In this document: positions 48,619 to 58,576 of the stretch, in pieces
Numbering within the stretch: the stretch's first letter is position 1
Layout: each line of letters starts with the position of its first letter
NCBI GenBank assembly: GCA_963740355.1
Contig: CAVUDW010000003.1
Location: 928,001-992,000 of the forward strand
Direction of reading: 5' to 3'
Length of the DNA: 64,000 bases
Source of the DNA: an uncultured Gemmatimonadaceae bacterium
GTDB taxonomy: Bacteria > Gemmatimonadota > Gemmatimonadetes > Gemmatimonadales > Gemmatimonadaceae
Translations under genes and position numbers: made by a program
Notes under the pieces: model-generated
Told to the model about the DNA's origin: nothing
Database searches by the model: none
What the model saw: the letters and a program-made list of their open reading frames with translations, nothing else

Positions 48619-48860
48619 GACCGACGCGACCTGCTGGCCGCGCGGTGCCGCGGCACGCGCAGTGTGGCCGAACGGAGGACGCGCACGATCGATCGCATGG
48701 GTCTGGCCGTCGGGTGGGTCGGTGGCGCGGGACGGGCGGGTGCGCGCCGGAATGCAAAGTATACGCGGTCAGGAGCACGTTCATGCGATCCGTTGAGCCG
48801 ATCCGCTCGCGCGATCCGTTCCTGGCGCCAGGGTCGTCGCGTGCATGGGGTCCGTTCAAG

Positions 48861-48967
48861 GCGTCAGAGTCCTTGAACGTTCATGGGGTCAGAGTCCTTG
48901 AACGTTCATGGGGTCAGAGTCCTTGAACGTTCATGGGGGCAGAGTCCTCGAACGTTCATGGGGACAG
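48861..48967. repeat. 25-bp tandem array (GGGGTCAGAGTCCTTGAACGTTCAT, about 4.3 copies)
   Basis: Units at 48860/61, 48885, 48910, 48935; internal palindrome TGAACGTTCA. Confidence 0.9.
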
Positions 48968-48972
48968 CGTCG

Positions 48973-49695
48973 CTACCGAGGCAGCGTCGACGGGAACGAG
49001 ATCGACACCGGCGCACCGTCGCAGACGAAGGCAGACCTTGGCGGCGCCGTGAGTGCGTCCGACCATTCGGCACCGTAGACGCGGGCGACATCACACCGAA
49101 AGTCCGCCCGCTCGGCATTCCAGAAATTCCACCGGTCATGTGCCACGCGGTACTCGACCGTACTCCCGTTTCGCTGCGGCGTGTAGCCGAGATAGTGCTC
49201 GGTGATGAATCCGACCTCGCTGTCCGGATCGATCGGGTGCGGTGCCCCGGTGCACGTTGCCGCCACATGGTGCCACGCGCCGCCCTGCCGCCATTCGTAT
49301 CGGAGCGAGCCACCCGCTGCCGGATCGACGTCGAGCGCATGCCGCATCCGCACCGCGCGGTATGGTTCGTTGTAAGCGAGTCGAGCCGTCCATGCGATCG
49401 CCGGCCGTGGCACGAGTTCGCGCATGAACATCACACCGCGCTGCCACACGCCATCGACCTTCCGTCGAACGTAGCCCCTGAGGTTGACCTCGTCGAAATC
49501 ACGATGGAACGGCACCGGGACACCCAGCAGGCGCGTGTCGAGAAAACGAAATCCGACCATGCTCACCACTGCGCGCCCGTCGAGCAGATCGAGCTCCGTC
49601 CCCGCCGGCACGTACGGTGCCACCACGCGCCGATCCACCTCGTAGTTCAGGAACACGAGATGCTGCCAGTACGCGGTCAGAAAGGGTCGTTCCAT
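48973..49695 (-). CDS. DUF2071 / YqjF family protein
   Basis: FLTAYWQHLVFLNY, F.EVNLR.YV, YNEPY, FITEHY.GY, EYRVAH..W. Confidence 0.85.
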   Translation of the reverse strand: MERPFLTAYWQHLVFLNYEVDRRVVAPYVPAGTELDLLDGRAVVSMVGFRFLDTRLLGVPVPFHRDFDEVNLRGYVRRKVDGVWQRGVMFMRELVPRPAIAWTARLAYNEPYRAVRMRHALDVDPAAGGSLRYEWRQGGAWHHVAATCTGAPHPIDPDSEVGFITEHYLGYTPQRNGSTVEYRVAHDRWNFWNAERADFRCDVARVYGAEWSDALTAPPRSAFVCDGAPVSISFPSTLPR

Positions 49696-49857
49696 GGATC
49701 TCCGGATGAAAACACGACCAGCACGAACACACACGAACGCCACATCCCATCGTCGGTACGCCGCCGAGGAACGGTAAGCACAGCCGATCATGCCGGAGCG
49801 CTGCTACGCCTACGCGACGCTGTCGTGCGCGGTTCCCGGTCCGAACTTCCATGCAAC

Positions 49858-49888
49858 AAAAAGCCCCGCAACATGCTGCGGGGCTTCT
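49858..49888 (-). terminator. Rho-independent terminator
   Basis: AAGCCCCGCA/TGCGGGGCTT stem; A-tract on + strand gives a U-tract on the minus strand. Confidence 0.7.
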
Positions 49889-49908
49889 CATGTCGAGCCG
49901 AACGATCG

Positions 49909-50664
49909 TCAGTTCGCCGGGTTCATGCTCGGTTCGCGCTGCAGGCGACGTTCGCGGATCCGTGCTGGATCAGGTCCGGTCGGCATCGACGCGGCGTGGG
50001 CAATGATGGCGCTGCGCACCTCGTCCATCTGCAGCACTTCACCGGTGCCCGGATGCAGGCGCTGTACGCCGAGCCGGTTGAGCAACGCAAGGCTGCGAAC
50101 CACGCGCTGCGGCACCTCGGCGAAGTAGTGATTCGCGGGTCGAGTCGGCCAGAGCCGACCACCGAAGAAGCCGCCCATCAGCAGATCACCGATGATCGCG
50201 TCGCCGGTTGGCAGCACGACGCTGGCGGACCCAATGGTGTGACCGGGCGTGTGCACCACCGTACCGGGGCACCCGAAGGACTCGAGCGACATCGTGTGCC
50301 CGAACACGACATCCGGCGTCGGTGCTTCGAAGCGCGTATCACCGAAGAAGCGCATCAATGCGCTGATCGGCTTCATGAAGCTGACATGCCGATCCACGCC
50401 ACTGGCGAGCACCGGCGCGTCGGCGCCGTGCACCGCGACAGGCACATGGAAGACGCGCTGCAGATAGGCCGCATTGCCGACGGCAGTCGCATGCGCATGC
50501 GTGACGAGAACGAGCGAGAGATCCTCGCCGCCAAGTCCGATGCTCGCCAGCCCGTCGAGCAATGCAGTCCGCGATCGTTCTGGTCCCGTGTCAACCAGAA
50601 CGTGGTGATCACCACTGATCACGTACGCGTTCGTTCCATCCAACGGCAGTCGGTGTACACGCAT
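49909..50664 (-). CDS. Metallo-beta-lactamase fold protein with degenerate metal motif
   Basis: VLVDTG, THAHATAVG, HTPGHT.GS, IGDLL, LHPGTG. Confidence 0.85.
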   Translation of the reverse strand: MRVHRLPLDGTNAYVISGDHHVLVDTGPERSRTALLDGLASIGLGGEDLSLVLVTHAHATAVGNAAYLQRVFHVPVAVHGADAPVLASGVDRHVSFMKPISALMRFFGDTRFEAPTPDVVFGHTMSLESFGCPGTVVHTPGHTIGSASVVLPTGDAIIGDLLMGGFFGGRLWPTRPANHYFAEVPQRVVRSLALLNRLGVQRLHPGTGEVLQMDEVRSAIIAHAASMPTGPDPARIRERRLQREPSMNPAN

Positions 50665-51229
50665 TCGCGCCTCCGCGTCGAGCCATCATCGGCCTGTTCG
50701 ACTTCCCTGCTTGCCCCTACAGTACCCACCGTACACCCGCAACACCAGTTTTTCTCTTATTAGCGTCAATTCATCTTTCCCGGCGACCGAGGCATGCTGA
50801 AGAGACCGCCATGTCTCCTGACGCTGCACCGGGTCGTACCTGCCGACTCCAGAGCGGTTCCACGCCCTGGTCAGCCTGACGATCACGTGCCAGCTACCCG
50901 ATAAACGCAGCAGCCGCTGGATGGTGCCGATCCGCGACATTTCGATCAAAAACGTGCAGCCGAGTCCGAACTGGTGCCGTCGGGCTATTCCGGACGTTCG
51001 AACGCGTGCGGTCGTCGTGCGGTCGTCATGCCGTAATCGTGCTGACGTTCGGATCGGAGGGCGCGAACGCCTCCCGAGCGCCGCTCAGGATCGACCGGCG
51101 ATGGAACCCGGGCCTGGAGCAGTTGGAAGAGCCGTACGGAAGAGCAGATGGAACCTCGCTGCTGTGCCGGCCTATCTTTCTCCGGCGCTGCCCAGCTCGC
51201 AGCGTGCAAACCATAGACGATACTCCGCC

Positions 51230-51925
51230 ATGATTCTGCTCACACTCGGCCGCCGTACTGCCCAGCTCGCTGTTCTTCTGCCGTTGTCGGCAGGACTCAT
51301 GCGCGCGCAGCAGACAACTCCTCCTGTCGCAACTGCCGTGCCGACGCCATCTGTAATCCCGGCATCGGCCGCCGACACAAGCGAGGTCATCCTTACGGCG
51401 CGCGGCATCGATACCGTGCGCGTTGAAAAGGACCGCTTGCTCGGCGAGCGACGCGACGCGGAATCGCAGTGGGCCGTCTACCGCGAACAGGGCGAGCGGC
51501 TGAAGGCGCAAGTCGCCGAGCTGAAGGACGCCATCTCGGCCGTCAACGCCAAGGAGAAGCAGGCGAAGAAGGACAAGCGCGACAACGACCGCGTGGTCGC
51601 CATCGCTGAACGCCGCCAGCTCGAACGCTCGCTGGACCTGATCGAGGCGCGTTACTCGCTGCGCATGGCGCAGATCGAACAGGCACGAATGCTCCGTGAC
51701 TTCCTCGACGCCTCCGTCCGCGCCGACGATGCCGAGCTGGCGATCGCCGAGCGACAGTCACAGGTCGTGCCCGGCGACCCGTCACAGCGGACCGTGTTTC
51801 AGGAGCTCACCAGCCGCTGGCTCCAGGCGCTCCGCACCCGCACCGCCCGCGCCTACGACCTCGAAGATCGGAAGTTCAAGGTGGTGGAAGCCCAGATGGA
51901 CCTGCTCAAGCTGCAGCGCGCCTGA
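51230..51925 (+). CDS. Secreted coiled-coil hypothetical protein
   Basis: Signal peptide; heptad-rich E/R/A/L sequence; terminator follows. Confidence 0.7.
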   Translation: MILLTLGRRTAQLAVLLPLSAGLMRAQQTTPPVATAVPTPSVIPASAADTSEVILTARGIDTVRVEKDRLLGERRDAESQWAVYREQGERLKAQVAELKDAISAVNAKEKQAKKDKRDNDRVVAIAERRQLERSLDLIEARYSLRMAQIEQARMLRDFLDASVRADDAELAIAERQSQVVPGDPSQRTVFQELTSRWLQALRTRTARAYDLEDRKFKVVEAQMDLLKLQRA

Positions 51926-51943
51926 CGACAGGACCGGTTCGAC

Positions 51944-51986
51944 AAAATCGCCGCCTGCTCTCGAAGGGCAGGCGGCGATTGTCTTT
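51944..51986. terminator. Bidirectional terminator between convergent genes
   Basis: AATCGCCGCCTGC/GCAGGCGGCGATT stem. Confidence 0.7.
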
Positions 51987-52000
51987 GTGCCGAACCGATC

Positions 52001-52579
52001 TCAGCGTGTCCGTTGTGCGCTGAGCACCCGCGCCCGCAGGGCGCGCGCCCTCGCGGCGATGCGGGTCACATCGCTCAGCGTATCGAGGGGCACGGCCGCA
52101 TCGTTGACGTTCTTCGAGGTCGCGGACAGTGCACCGGTGCTGTCATACCCAAACGCCAGTCGCGTGCGAATCGGCACCGGGGTGCCTGAGGTCTGCACCC
52201 GATCGAGCGCCACGTAGTGCAGCAGCGTGTCACGGAAGAGATACCGACCGTTCTCCTCGATCCCTGCTGGCCCGCGTCGCGTTTCGTCGAGAACCACCAG
52301 CGTGTCACCGGCAAAGAAGCCGAACCAGATGACGCTCGTGTCGCCGCTGATGAAGCCCGCGCTTTCTCGCCGCAGCGATGGGAGCCGCAGCTTCACCGCC
52401 TCCGCATCCTTCACCAGGTATTGGAGCACCATCCGGTCCTGCGCCGCCGCAGCGATCGCCTTCTTGTGCGCGATGCGCTCGGCGGGGGTCGGCGCGGGCT
52501 TCGCGTCGTCGCGTGCGCACCCCTGCATCGCGGCGCCGCAGAGCAGCAGCGCGAACCAGAGTCGTTCAGGATGTCGCAT
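52001..52579 (-). CDS. Hypothetical lipoprotein
   Basis: MQGC lipobox; in an operon with the rhodanese gene. Confidence 0.6.
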   Translation of the reverse strand: MRHPERLWFALLLCGAAMQGCARDDAKPAPTPAERIAHKKAIAAAAQDRMVLQYLVKDAEAVKLRLPSLRRESAGFISGDTSVIWFGFFAGDTLVVLDETRRGPAGIEENGRYLFRDTLLHYVALDRVQTSGTPVPIRTRLAFGYDSTGALSATSKNVNDAAVPLDTLSDVTRIAARARALRARVLSAQRTR

Positions 52580-53087
52580 CGATGGTCGTTTCCCGTCGAA
52601 TGAGCGCACGCTGGGCACCGGACCCAACGCTGATGATGACATTGATCTCGGCGCCGACCGGCCACTCCGGACCGCCGCGCAGGATGCACTCGATGGCGCC
52701 AGGCCCGTCGCCCGCTCGCTGCTCGGCAGGCCGCGCGCGGAACACCGAATCCGCGTACTGGAGATAGATGCCGTCGCACACGAGCACTTTCGGCAGGACC
52801 ACCCCGCCGCGCACCTGGACCGATACCATCAGGTCATGCACCGGTGATGCCGTTCCTGCCGTCGTCGCCGACGCCGTAGTGGGCATGAAGTCCCGCCACG
52901 CGTACACCGAGGCTTGCAGTGGGAGGTCGAGGGATGCGCTCACTGGCACCACACGCAACTCAGCCGCCGACAGCGCCTTCAGTGGTGCGAGCGGTGCATC
53001 ACCGCTCGCCGACCGATTGCATCCCAGCAGTGCCACCAGGCCGAGCAACACCGACAGGCGAGTAACGCCCGCACCCACAGCGATCAC
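52566..53087 (-). CDS. Hypothetical lipoprotein
   Basis: LLGC lipobox; AWRDFMP and RGGPEW motifs; GTG start overlaps the rhodanese stop. Confidence 0.65.
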   Translation of the reverse strand: MIAVGAGVTRLSVLLGLVALLGCNRSASGDAPLAPLKALSAAELRVVPVSASLDLPLQASVYAWRDFMPTTASATTAGTASPVHDLMVSVQVRGGVVLPKVLVCDGIYLQYADSVFRARPAEQRAGDGPGAIECILRGGPEWPVGAEINVIISVGSGAQRALIRRETTIDATS

Positions 53088-53458
53088 GTCGGCTCGGTCG
53101 TGACAGCGCCACCAGCGTCATTCCAGCCGCGCCAGCCACCCGCCATCGACAACACGTTGGTGTAGCCCATCTGCTGCAGTGCATCAGCGGCCAGCGCCGA
53201 TCGGAAGCCACCACCGCAATAGAGCACGATCGGTGCATCGACGTCGGGTACGGTTCGCTCGATGTCGCGCTCGATGATGCCCTTGCCCAGATGCTCCGCG
53301 CCCGTCACGTGCCCCGCAGCCCACTCGTTGTCCTCACGCACGTCGAACACGCGCGCGGCCTGTGTGCGCAGCAGCTCCTGCACATCGGCAGGCGAAATTT
53401 CACGGACGCGCGCCTGGACGGCGGCGACGTGAGCGAGAAATCGTGGGGTGTGATCCAT
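53084..53458 (-). CDS. Rhodanese-like sulfurtransferase
   Basis: DVREDNEW..GH, YCGGGFRS, MGY.NV.SMAGG. Confidence 0.92.
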   Translation of the reverse strand: MDHTPRFLAHVAAVQARVREISPADVQELLRTQAARVFDVREDNEWAAGHVTGAEHLGKGIIERDIERTVPDVDAPIVLYCGGGFRSALAADALQQMGYTNVLSMAGGWRGWNDAGGAVTTEPT

Positions 53459-53674
53459 GCAGCGGTACTGGTGAGGGACCGTGCAGTGTAGTGCTTTCGG
53501 GACGGTGCAGCCAGTGGAGCGCAGACGCCGTCCCGCTGGGTGCCACCAGTCTTTGCACGGCCGCGGAAAATCTCACGGCCCGCCGATCACGCGGTACCGC
53601 AGGCGCGGTACCGTAAGCTCACTACCGCGTTCGCACTGCGGCACGCGCACTACCGTACACGTACGGCAGAGCAG

Positions 53675-54202
53675 TTACCGCCGACGCGCGTGATTGTAGC
53701 GCACGCGGGCAGGGGGCAGATGCGTTTTCGAGTCGAGGGCCTCGAACAGCCCCCACACTGTGGCCACCAGCATCACCAGGAAGCCAAAGCCGCGTGCGAG
53801 CTGTGCGTACTGCACCGCGTGGGTCAGCACCCCCCACTGATCGAAGAGCAGATTCCAGTCATGCTCGCCGCCGCCGACGAGTGGGAGCTCCATCGGCTGC
53901 GCGTCGGCCATGTAGGAGCTGATGCTGACGAAATTCTGGCCGACCCACCAGATGCCGATGCTGGCGGCGTGTTCGTCTCGCTGCACCGTGAAATAGGCCG
54001 CGAAAGCCAGCGGCAGCAGTAACTGGAGGAAGGTGCCGCCCAGCAGCTGGAGCGTGTCGCCGAAGGGCGCGAAGACGATATGCCCCGTCTCGTGCACCGG
54101 CAGGTTGATGTTGTCGATGAAGGACCACGACGCCGGCGATGCCAGAATGGCGACGCCGTACACAGCCAACGCGATCGTCAGGCCGACCCGGAATTGACGC
54201 AT
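53675..54202 (-). CDS. Membrane protein with HExGH motif (M50-like metallopeptidase)
   Basis: NLPVHETGH, GGT..Q, YMADA, HDW. Confidence 0.7.
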   Translation of the reverse strand: MRQFRVGLTIALAVYGVAILASPASWSFIDNINLPVHETGHIVFAPFGDTLQLLGGTFLQLLLPLAFAAYFTVQRDEHAASIGIWWVGQNFVSISSYMADAQPMELPLVGGGEHDWNLLFDQWGVLTHAVQYAQLARGFGFLVMLVATVWGLFEALDSKTHLPPARVRYNHARRR

Positions 54203-54398
54203 ATACCCCTCGGTGTCCGCTCTTCCCCGCGGAAAGACGGATCGGGCTTCCAGATGTCACTCTGGCGCCCGACGCTTCCCCTCCAACCCCACCTTAGAAT
54301 GCTGCAAACGGCGGGCCAGCAGCCTCTGCCTTGGGAGGTCGTCTGGTGCGGTCGCAGGTGGGAACCGGGGGCCTGCATTAGTGGTTAATCATGGTCTA

Positions 54399-54427
54399 TT
54401 GACGGATCGCCGACTCGACTATACGGT
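54399..54427 (+). promoter_or_regulatory. Sigma70-type promoter for the cold-shock gene
   Basis: TTGACG-N17-TACGGT about 180 nt upstream of the ATG. Confidence 0.55.
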
Positions 54428-54609
54428 TATGGCGCTGTGCTCCGCGTCGAGTTGACGCGGGCTGGGTTCGGTCCACGGGTCCGCCAGCGCGGACCCGTCG
54501 TCGTACACCAGCGCTCTTTCGTGGGGGCAGTGTCTGTCCACGAGTCCCGTTGTCGGTCAGTGCCGGGTTGCCGGACTCCGACGCGATCAATCCACAGGAG
54601 TCTGTAGCA

Positions 54610-54822
54610 ATGCGTACGACCGGCACCGTGAAGTGGTTCAATGACGCCAAGGGTTTTGGTTTCATCACCCCGGCCTCTGGCGGAAAGGACTGCTTCGTCC
54701 ACCACTCTGCCATCCAGATGAAGGGTTTCAAGACCCTGGCGGAAGGCGAGCAGGTTGAGTTCGACATCGTCGAGGGCGCGAAGGGCCCCGCGGCAGAGAA
54801 CGTCACGAAGGCATCGCGCTAA
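54610..54822 (+). CDS. cspA: Cold-shock protein (CspA family)
   Basis: [39 protein letters not shown]. Confidence 0.96.
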   Translation: MRTTGTVKWFNDAKGFGFITPASGGKDCFVHHSAIQMKGFKTLAEGEQVEFDIVEGAKGPAAENVTKASR

Positions 54823-54857
54823 GCGACGTTGTCGGCCTCCTCGGGAGGTCGTCACAC

Positions 54858-54899
54858 GAAGGGCTGGTTCGCTTTGCGAACCAGCCCTTCGCGCTTTCC
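54858..54899 (+). terminator. Terminator after the cold-shock gene
   Basis: GAAGGGCTGGTTCGC-TTT-GCGAACCAGCCCTTC 15-bp stem. Confidence 0.7.
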
Positions 54900-54999
54900 C
54901 TGACCCGGCACTGAACAGCCGGACAGGTTAGGTTTCATGTCTGTCGAGCGGCTCCCCTCCCCGGGAGGCCGTGTTTCGTATTCCGTCTGATAAGGGTGT

Positions 55000-55221
55000 A
55001 TGGCCAAGGAAGAAGCACTGCAACTCGAAGGAACCGTGAGCGAAGTCCTGCCAAGCGCCATGTTTCGCGTTTCGCTCGACAATGGACACACGGTGCTCGC
55101 CACCATCGGTGGCAACCTGCGCCGCTTTCGCATTCGCGTGCTCGCCGGCGACCGCGTCACGCTCGAAGTGTCGCCGTACGACCTGACGCGCGGACGGATC
55201 GTCTACCGCCACAAGAACTGA
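55000..55221 (+). CDS. infA: Translation initiation factor IF-1
   Basis: MAKEE...[39 protein letters not shown]. Confidence 0.95.
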   Translation: MAKEEALQLEGTVSEVLPSAMFRVSLDNGHTVLATIGGNLRRFRIRVLAGDRVTLEVSPYDLTRGRIVYRHKN

Positions 55222-55233
55222 CCTGCCCGGCGC

Positions 55234-56469
55234 GTGGCGGCGTCCTTCCCTCTGTCCACGCGCACGACCGGATCACTTCGCCTCCGACTCGCCCTGCTCC
55301 TCTTCGGCGAGTTCGCGATCTGGGGGCTCTGGTTCGTTTCGATCGGTAGCTGGCTCGGCGCGACACTGAAGTTCAGCGGCCCACAGATCGGCATGATCTA
55401 CGGCACGCTCGCGATCGCCGGCCTCATCACTCCGATGCTCGGCGGTGCCATCGCCGATCGCCTCGCACATTCCGAACGACTGCTCGCGCTGCTGCACGGC
55501 GTCGGCGGCGTGTTGTTGATCGTGGCTTCGCGACAAACCACGTTCGGCGCGATCTACATCGCGATTCTGCTCTACTCGCTCTGCTACCTGCCGACGCTGG
55601 CGCTGGCACCATCGCTCGTCCTGCGCCACCTGCTCTCTCCCGCCGCGGAGTTCCCCATGCTGCGGGCACTCGGCACCGTCGGATGGATCGTCGCCGGTCT
55701 CATCGTCGGGGTGCTTGGCCTCGAGCTCTCGCCCGTTCCGATGCAGCTCGCCGGAATCACGTCACTGATCTTCGCGGCCTACTGTCTCACACTCCCCGCC
55801 ACGCCACCACTGCGACGTGATGCGCCGCGCAGCCTGGGCACGCTCCTCGGCTTCGATGCGCTTGCCCTCATGCGCGACCCGATCTTCGCCCTGTTCGTGT
55901 TCGCGACGATCGTGCTCAGCGTGCCGAACCAGTTCTACAATGCGTTCGCGGCCCTCTACCTGACGGAGCTGCATGTCCCGCATCCCGCGATGCTGCTCAC
56001 ACTCGGGCAGGTCACGGAAGTATTCGTGCTCTTCCTTCTGCCGCGTATTCATCGGCGACTGGGTTCGCGGCGTGTGCTCCTGATCGGCGCTGCGACATGG
56101 GCCCTGCGCACGCTCCTCTTTTCGATTGGAGCCAGCGGCAACGTGTTCGTCATCTACCTTGGCATCGTCGTGCACGGCATCGCCTACGGTTGCATCTACA
56201 TCAACGGCCAGCTGATGGTGCACGAGCGCGCACCACCGGAGATGCGTGCCGCGGCGCAGGGATTCATGGCTGTCGCGACGATGGGATTCGGCAACCTCGT
56301 CGGCGCCTGGATCGCTGGACGTTCGGTCGAGCACTACGCCATCGCGAGCGGCGCCCACAGCTGGAGTGACATCTGGATCGTTCCCGCTGCCGTGTCCGCC
56401 GCCGCCGTGGTCGGCGTCATGCTCAGCGCACGAATCAAGGACACCCCTGCCCCGTCCGGTCGCACCTGA
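55234..56469 (+). CDS. MFS transporter, nucleoside:H+ symporter (NupG/XapB-like)
   Basis: EFAIWGLW, GAIADR, YLPTLAL, RALGTVGWI, GQVTEV, RAAAQG. Confidence 0.85.
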   Translation: MAASFPLSTRTTGSLRLRLALLLFGEFAIWGLWFVSIGSWLGATLKFSGPQIGMIYGTLAIAGLITPMLGGAIADRLAHSERLLALLHGVGGVLLIVASRQTTFGAIYIAILLYSLCYLPTLALAPSLVLRHLLSPAAEFPMLRALGTVGWIVAGLIVGVLGLELSPVPMQLAGITSLIFAAYCLTLPATPPLRRDAPRSLGTLLGFDALALMRDPIFALFVFATIVLSVPNQFYNAFAALYLTELHVPHPAMLLTLGQVTEVFVLFLLPRIHRRLGSRRVLLIGAATWALRTLLFSIGASGNVFVIYLGIVVHGIAYGCIYINGQLMVHERAPPEMRAAAQGFMAVATMGFGNLVGAWIAGRSVEHYAIASGAHSWSDIWIVPAAVSAAAVVGVMLSARIKDTPAPSGRT

Positions 56470-56502
56470 GCCGACGCCCCCAGAGCACTGCGACCGCGTG
56501 CG

Positions 56503-58521
56503 CTACGGCGCAGTGGATGCCGACACTCGCGTGAAATCAGGCAGCGGGTCACCGAAGATGTAGTGATTGAACCATCCAAGGTTGTGCTGCATCACCGCAC
56601 GCTGCGACTTGGGCTTGGTGATGCCATGTCCGTAGCCCTTGTACACGATCATCTCCACCGGCACGTTGCGATCTTCCAGTGCCTGCCGGAGCTGATAGGC
56701 ATTGGCGATCGGCACACGGCGATCCAGTTCGCCATGCTGAATCAGCGTCGGCGTCTTCGCGTTCTTGACGTAGTCGATCGGCGACGTCTTGGCGTAGATC
56801 GCGGGGTCTGCGACCGGATCGGCGCCGAGATAGTTCACCGTGAACGGCGTGATGTCGGTGTTGTAGTAATAGGTGCGCCAGTCGGAGATGCCTGCGCCGA
56901 CGGACGTCGCCACGAAGCGTGTGCTGCTGGTGGTGAGGAAGGCCGAGATGTAACCACCCTGGCTCCACCCCATCGACGCCACTCGCGCGGGATCGACGAA
57001 CCCCTTCGCGACCAGCGCATCGACACCGCTGATCACGTCCCACGCATCACCGACGCCAAGGTTGCGGTAGTTGAGCGCACGGAAGCGTTCACCATATCCT
57101 GCACTGCCGCGATAGTTGACCTTGAGCACCACGGCGCCCCGGTTCACCCACTCGTCCACCGGGTAATAGCGCGCATCCGGAAGTACTGGGCGATCGACGC
57201 CGGTCGGCCCACCATGAATCACGCAGAGCAACGGATACTTCTTCGTTGGATCGAAGTCGCGTGGCTTGATGAGGATGCCCTCGATCTCGGCGCCGTCGCG
57301 ACTCTTCCAGCGCACCACTTCGCGCGTGCCCAGTTTCCAGTCACGGATCTGCGCGCTCATGGCTGTCACTACACGTGGTGCGAATGACGCCAGCGGTGAG
57401 ACCGCAATTTCTGGCAGCGCCGTCGACGTGGCCACCGCGAACGCCACCGTCGCCTGGTCTCGACTCAGCGAGAAACCCGAGTAGATGCCACCATCCGGAC
57501 CTGATACGCGGGTGATCGCACCGCTCGCCGGGTCGACGACGAACAGTTGCGCCGCCGTCTTCTGCAGGCCGCTGAAATACACGCCACGCGTCCCCCAGTC
57601 CACGAAACTCGGCTGCTCGTCGAATTGCGCGGTGATGGCGCGGACCGCACCACCTTCTGCGCTCACCACGGCCAGTCGCGAGTTGCGGAAGAAGTTCTCC
57701 TTCACTTCACCCATCGCGGAGCTGAACACCAACTGCCTGCCATCCGGTGACCAGTGCGGATCGTTGTCCGCGCCGACCTGCGTGACCAGCGGCTTGATGC
57801 TGTTGTCCGCGAGCGTGAGCAGGTGGATGTCCGATGTGTTTCCCGCAATCAGGTCAGGCACCGTGGTGGCGCTGAAGGCGATGCGTGATCCATCGGGCGA
57901 CCATTCGAATCCAGCGACGCTGAACTTGGCGACGGCAGGTGTTCGCAGCGTGCCCGTCTGCGGTGCGGCGAGTGCGCTCGCCACGTCGATCGTGTAGAGG
58001 CCTTGCATGGTGTAGTCGCGCCGCACGACCTCGAATCCACCGAGGGTAGTATCGCGCGACTTCCGCGTGGCGGCGGCAGGGCTGGACGAAAACGCGATCA
58101 TCGCGCCGTCCGGGCGCCACGCATATCCCGAAACGCCACCAGCAGCATTTGTGAGCCGCACGGGCTCACCGCCGTCGACGGCCATCGCGAAGAGCTGTGG
58201 CCGCGACTCGACTCTGGTGCTGAGAAAGGTCAGCCACTTTCCGTCCGGCGACCATTGCACCTGCGACACGCCCGCCTCATGCCGCGTAAGCTGCGCCGAC
58301 ACGTTGGTACGCAGGTCGTGGACCCACAGCTGCGACACGAACGCATCCTGTGCCCAGTCCGTGTTGGTCACGAGAAACGCGACGCGTTGGCCGTCCGGTG
58401 CGAGGCGTGGGCTGCCGACCGACTTGAGCGACAACAGGCTGTCGATCGTCGGCACACGGGCGCCCGCCTGGGCGTACAGCGGGGCAGCGAGCAGGCAGAG
58501 CGAAAGAATCCGGCGCAGCAT
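56503..58521 (-). CDS. S9 family peptidase (acylaminoacyl/dipeptidyl peptidase)
   Basis: Signal peptide, WSPDG propeller, IHGGP, NYRGSAGYG, GWSQGG, HGELDRRV, GHG. Confidence 0.93.
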   Translation of the reverse strand: MLRRILSLCLLAAPLYAQAGARVPTIDSLLSLKSVGSPRLAPDGQRVAFLVTNTDWAQDAFVSQLWVHDLRTNVSAQLTRHEAGVSQVQWSPDGKWLTFLSTRVESRPQLFAMAVDGGEPVRLTNAAGGVSGYAWRPDGAMIAFSSSPAAATRKSRDTTLGGFEVVRRDYTMQGLYTIDVASALAAPQTGTLRTPAVAKFSVAGFEWSPDGSRIAFSATTVPDLIAGNTSDIHLLTLADNSIKPLVTQVGADNDPHWSPDGRQLVFSSAMGEVKENFFRNSRLAVVSAEGGAVRAITAQFDEQPSFVDWGTRGVYFSGLQKTAAQLFVVDPASGAITRVSGPDGGIYSGFSLSRDQATVAFAVATSTALPEIAVSPLASFAPRVVTAMSAQIRDWKLGTREVVRWKSRDGAEIEGILIKPRDFDPTKKYPLLCVIHGGPTGVDRPVLPDARYYPVDEWVNRGAVVLKVNYRGSAGYGERFRALNYRNLGVGDAWDVISGVDALVAKGFVDPARVASMGWSQGGYISAFLTTSSTRFVATSVGAGISDWRTYYYNTDITPFTVNYLGADPVADPAIYAKTSPIDYVKNAKTPTLIQHGELDRRVPIANAYQLRQALEDRNVPVEMIVYKGYGHGITKPKSQRAVMQHNLGWFNHYIFGDPLPDFTRVSASTAP

Positions 58522-58576
58522 CGTGAGCTCCTGTCGTGGAATTCGTGTCATCATCATTTCCTTCAAGATTTCCCGT

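Noticed and set aside
48883..50763. 626-aa plus-strand ORF
   Set aside because: Starts inside the 25-bp repeat and shadows two real minus-strand genes; no motifs.
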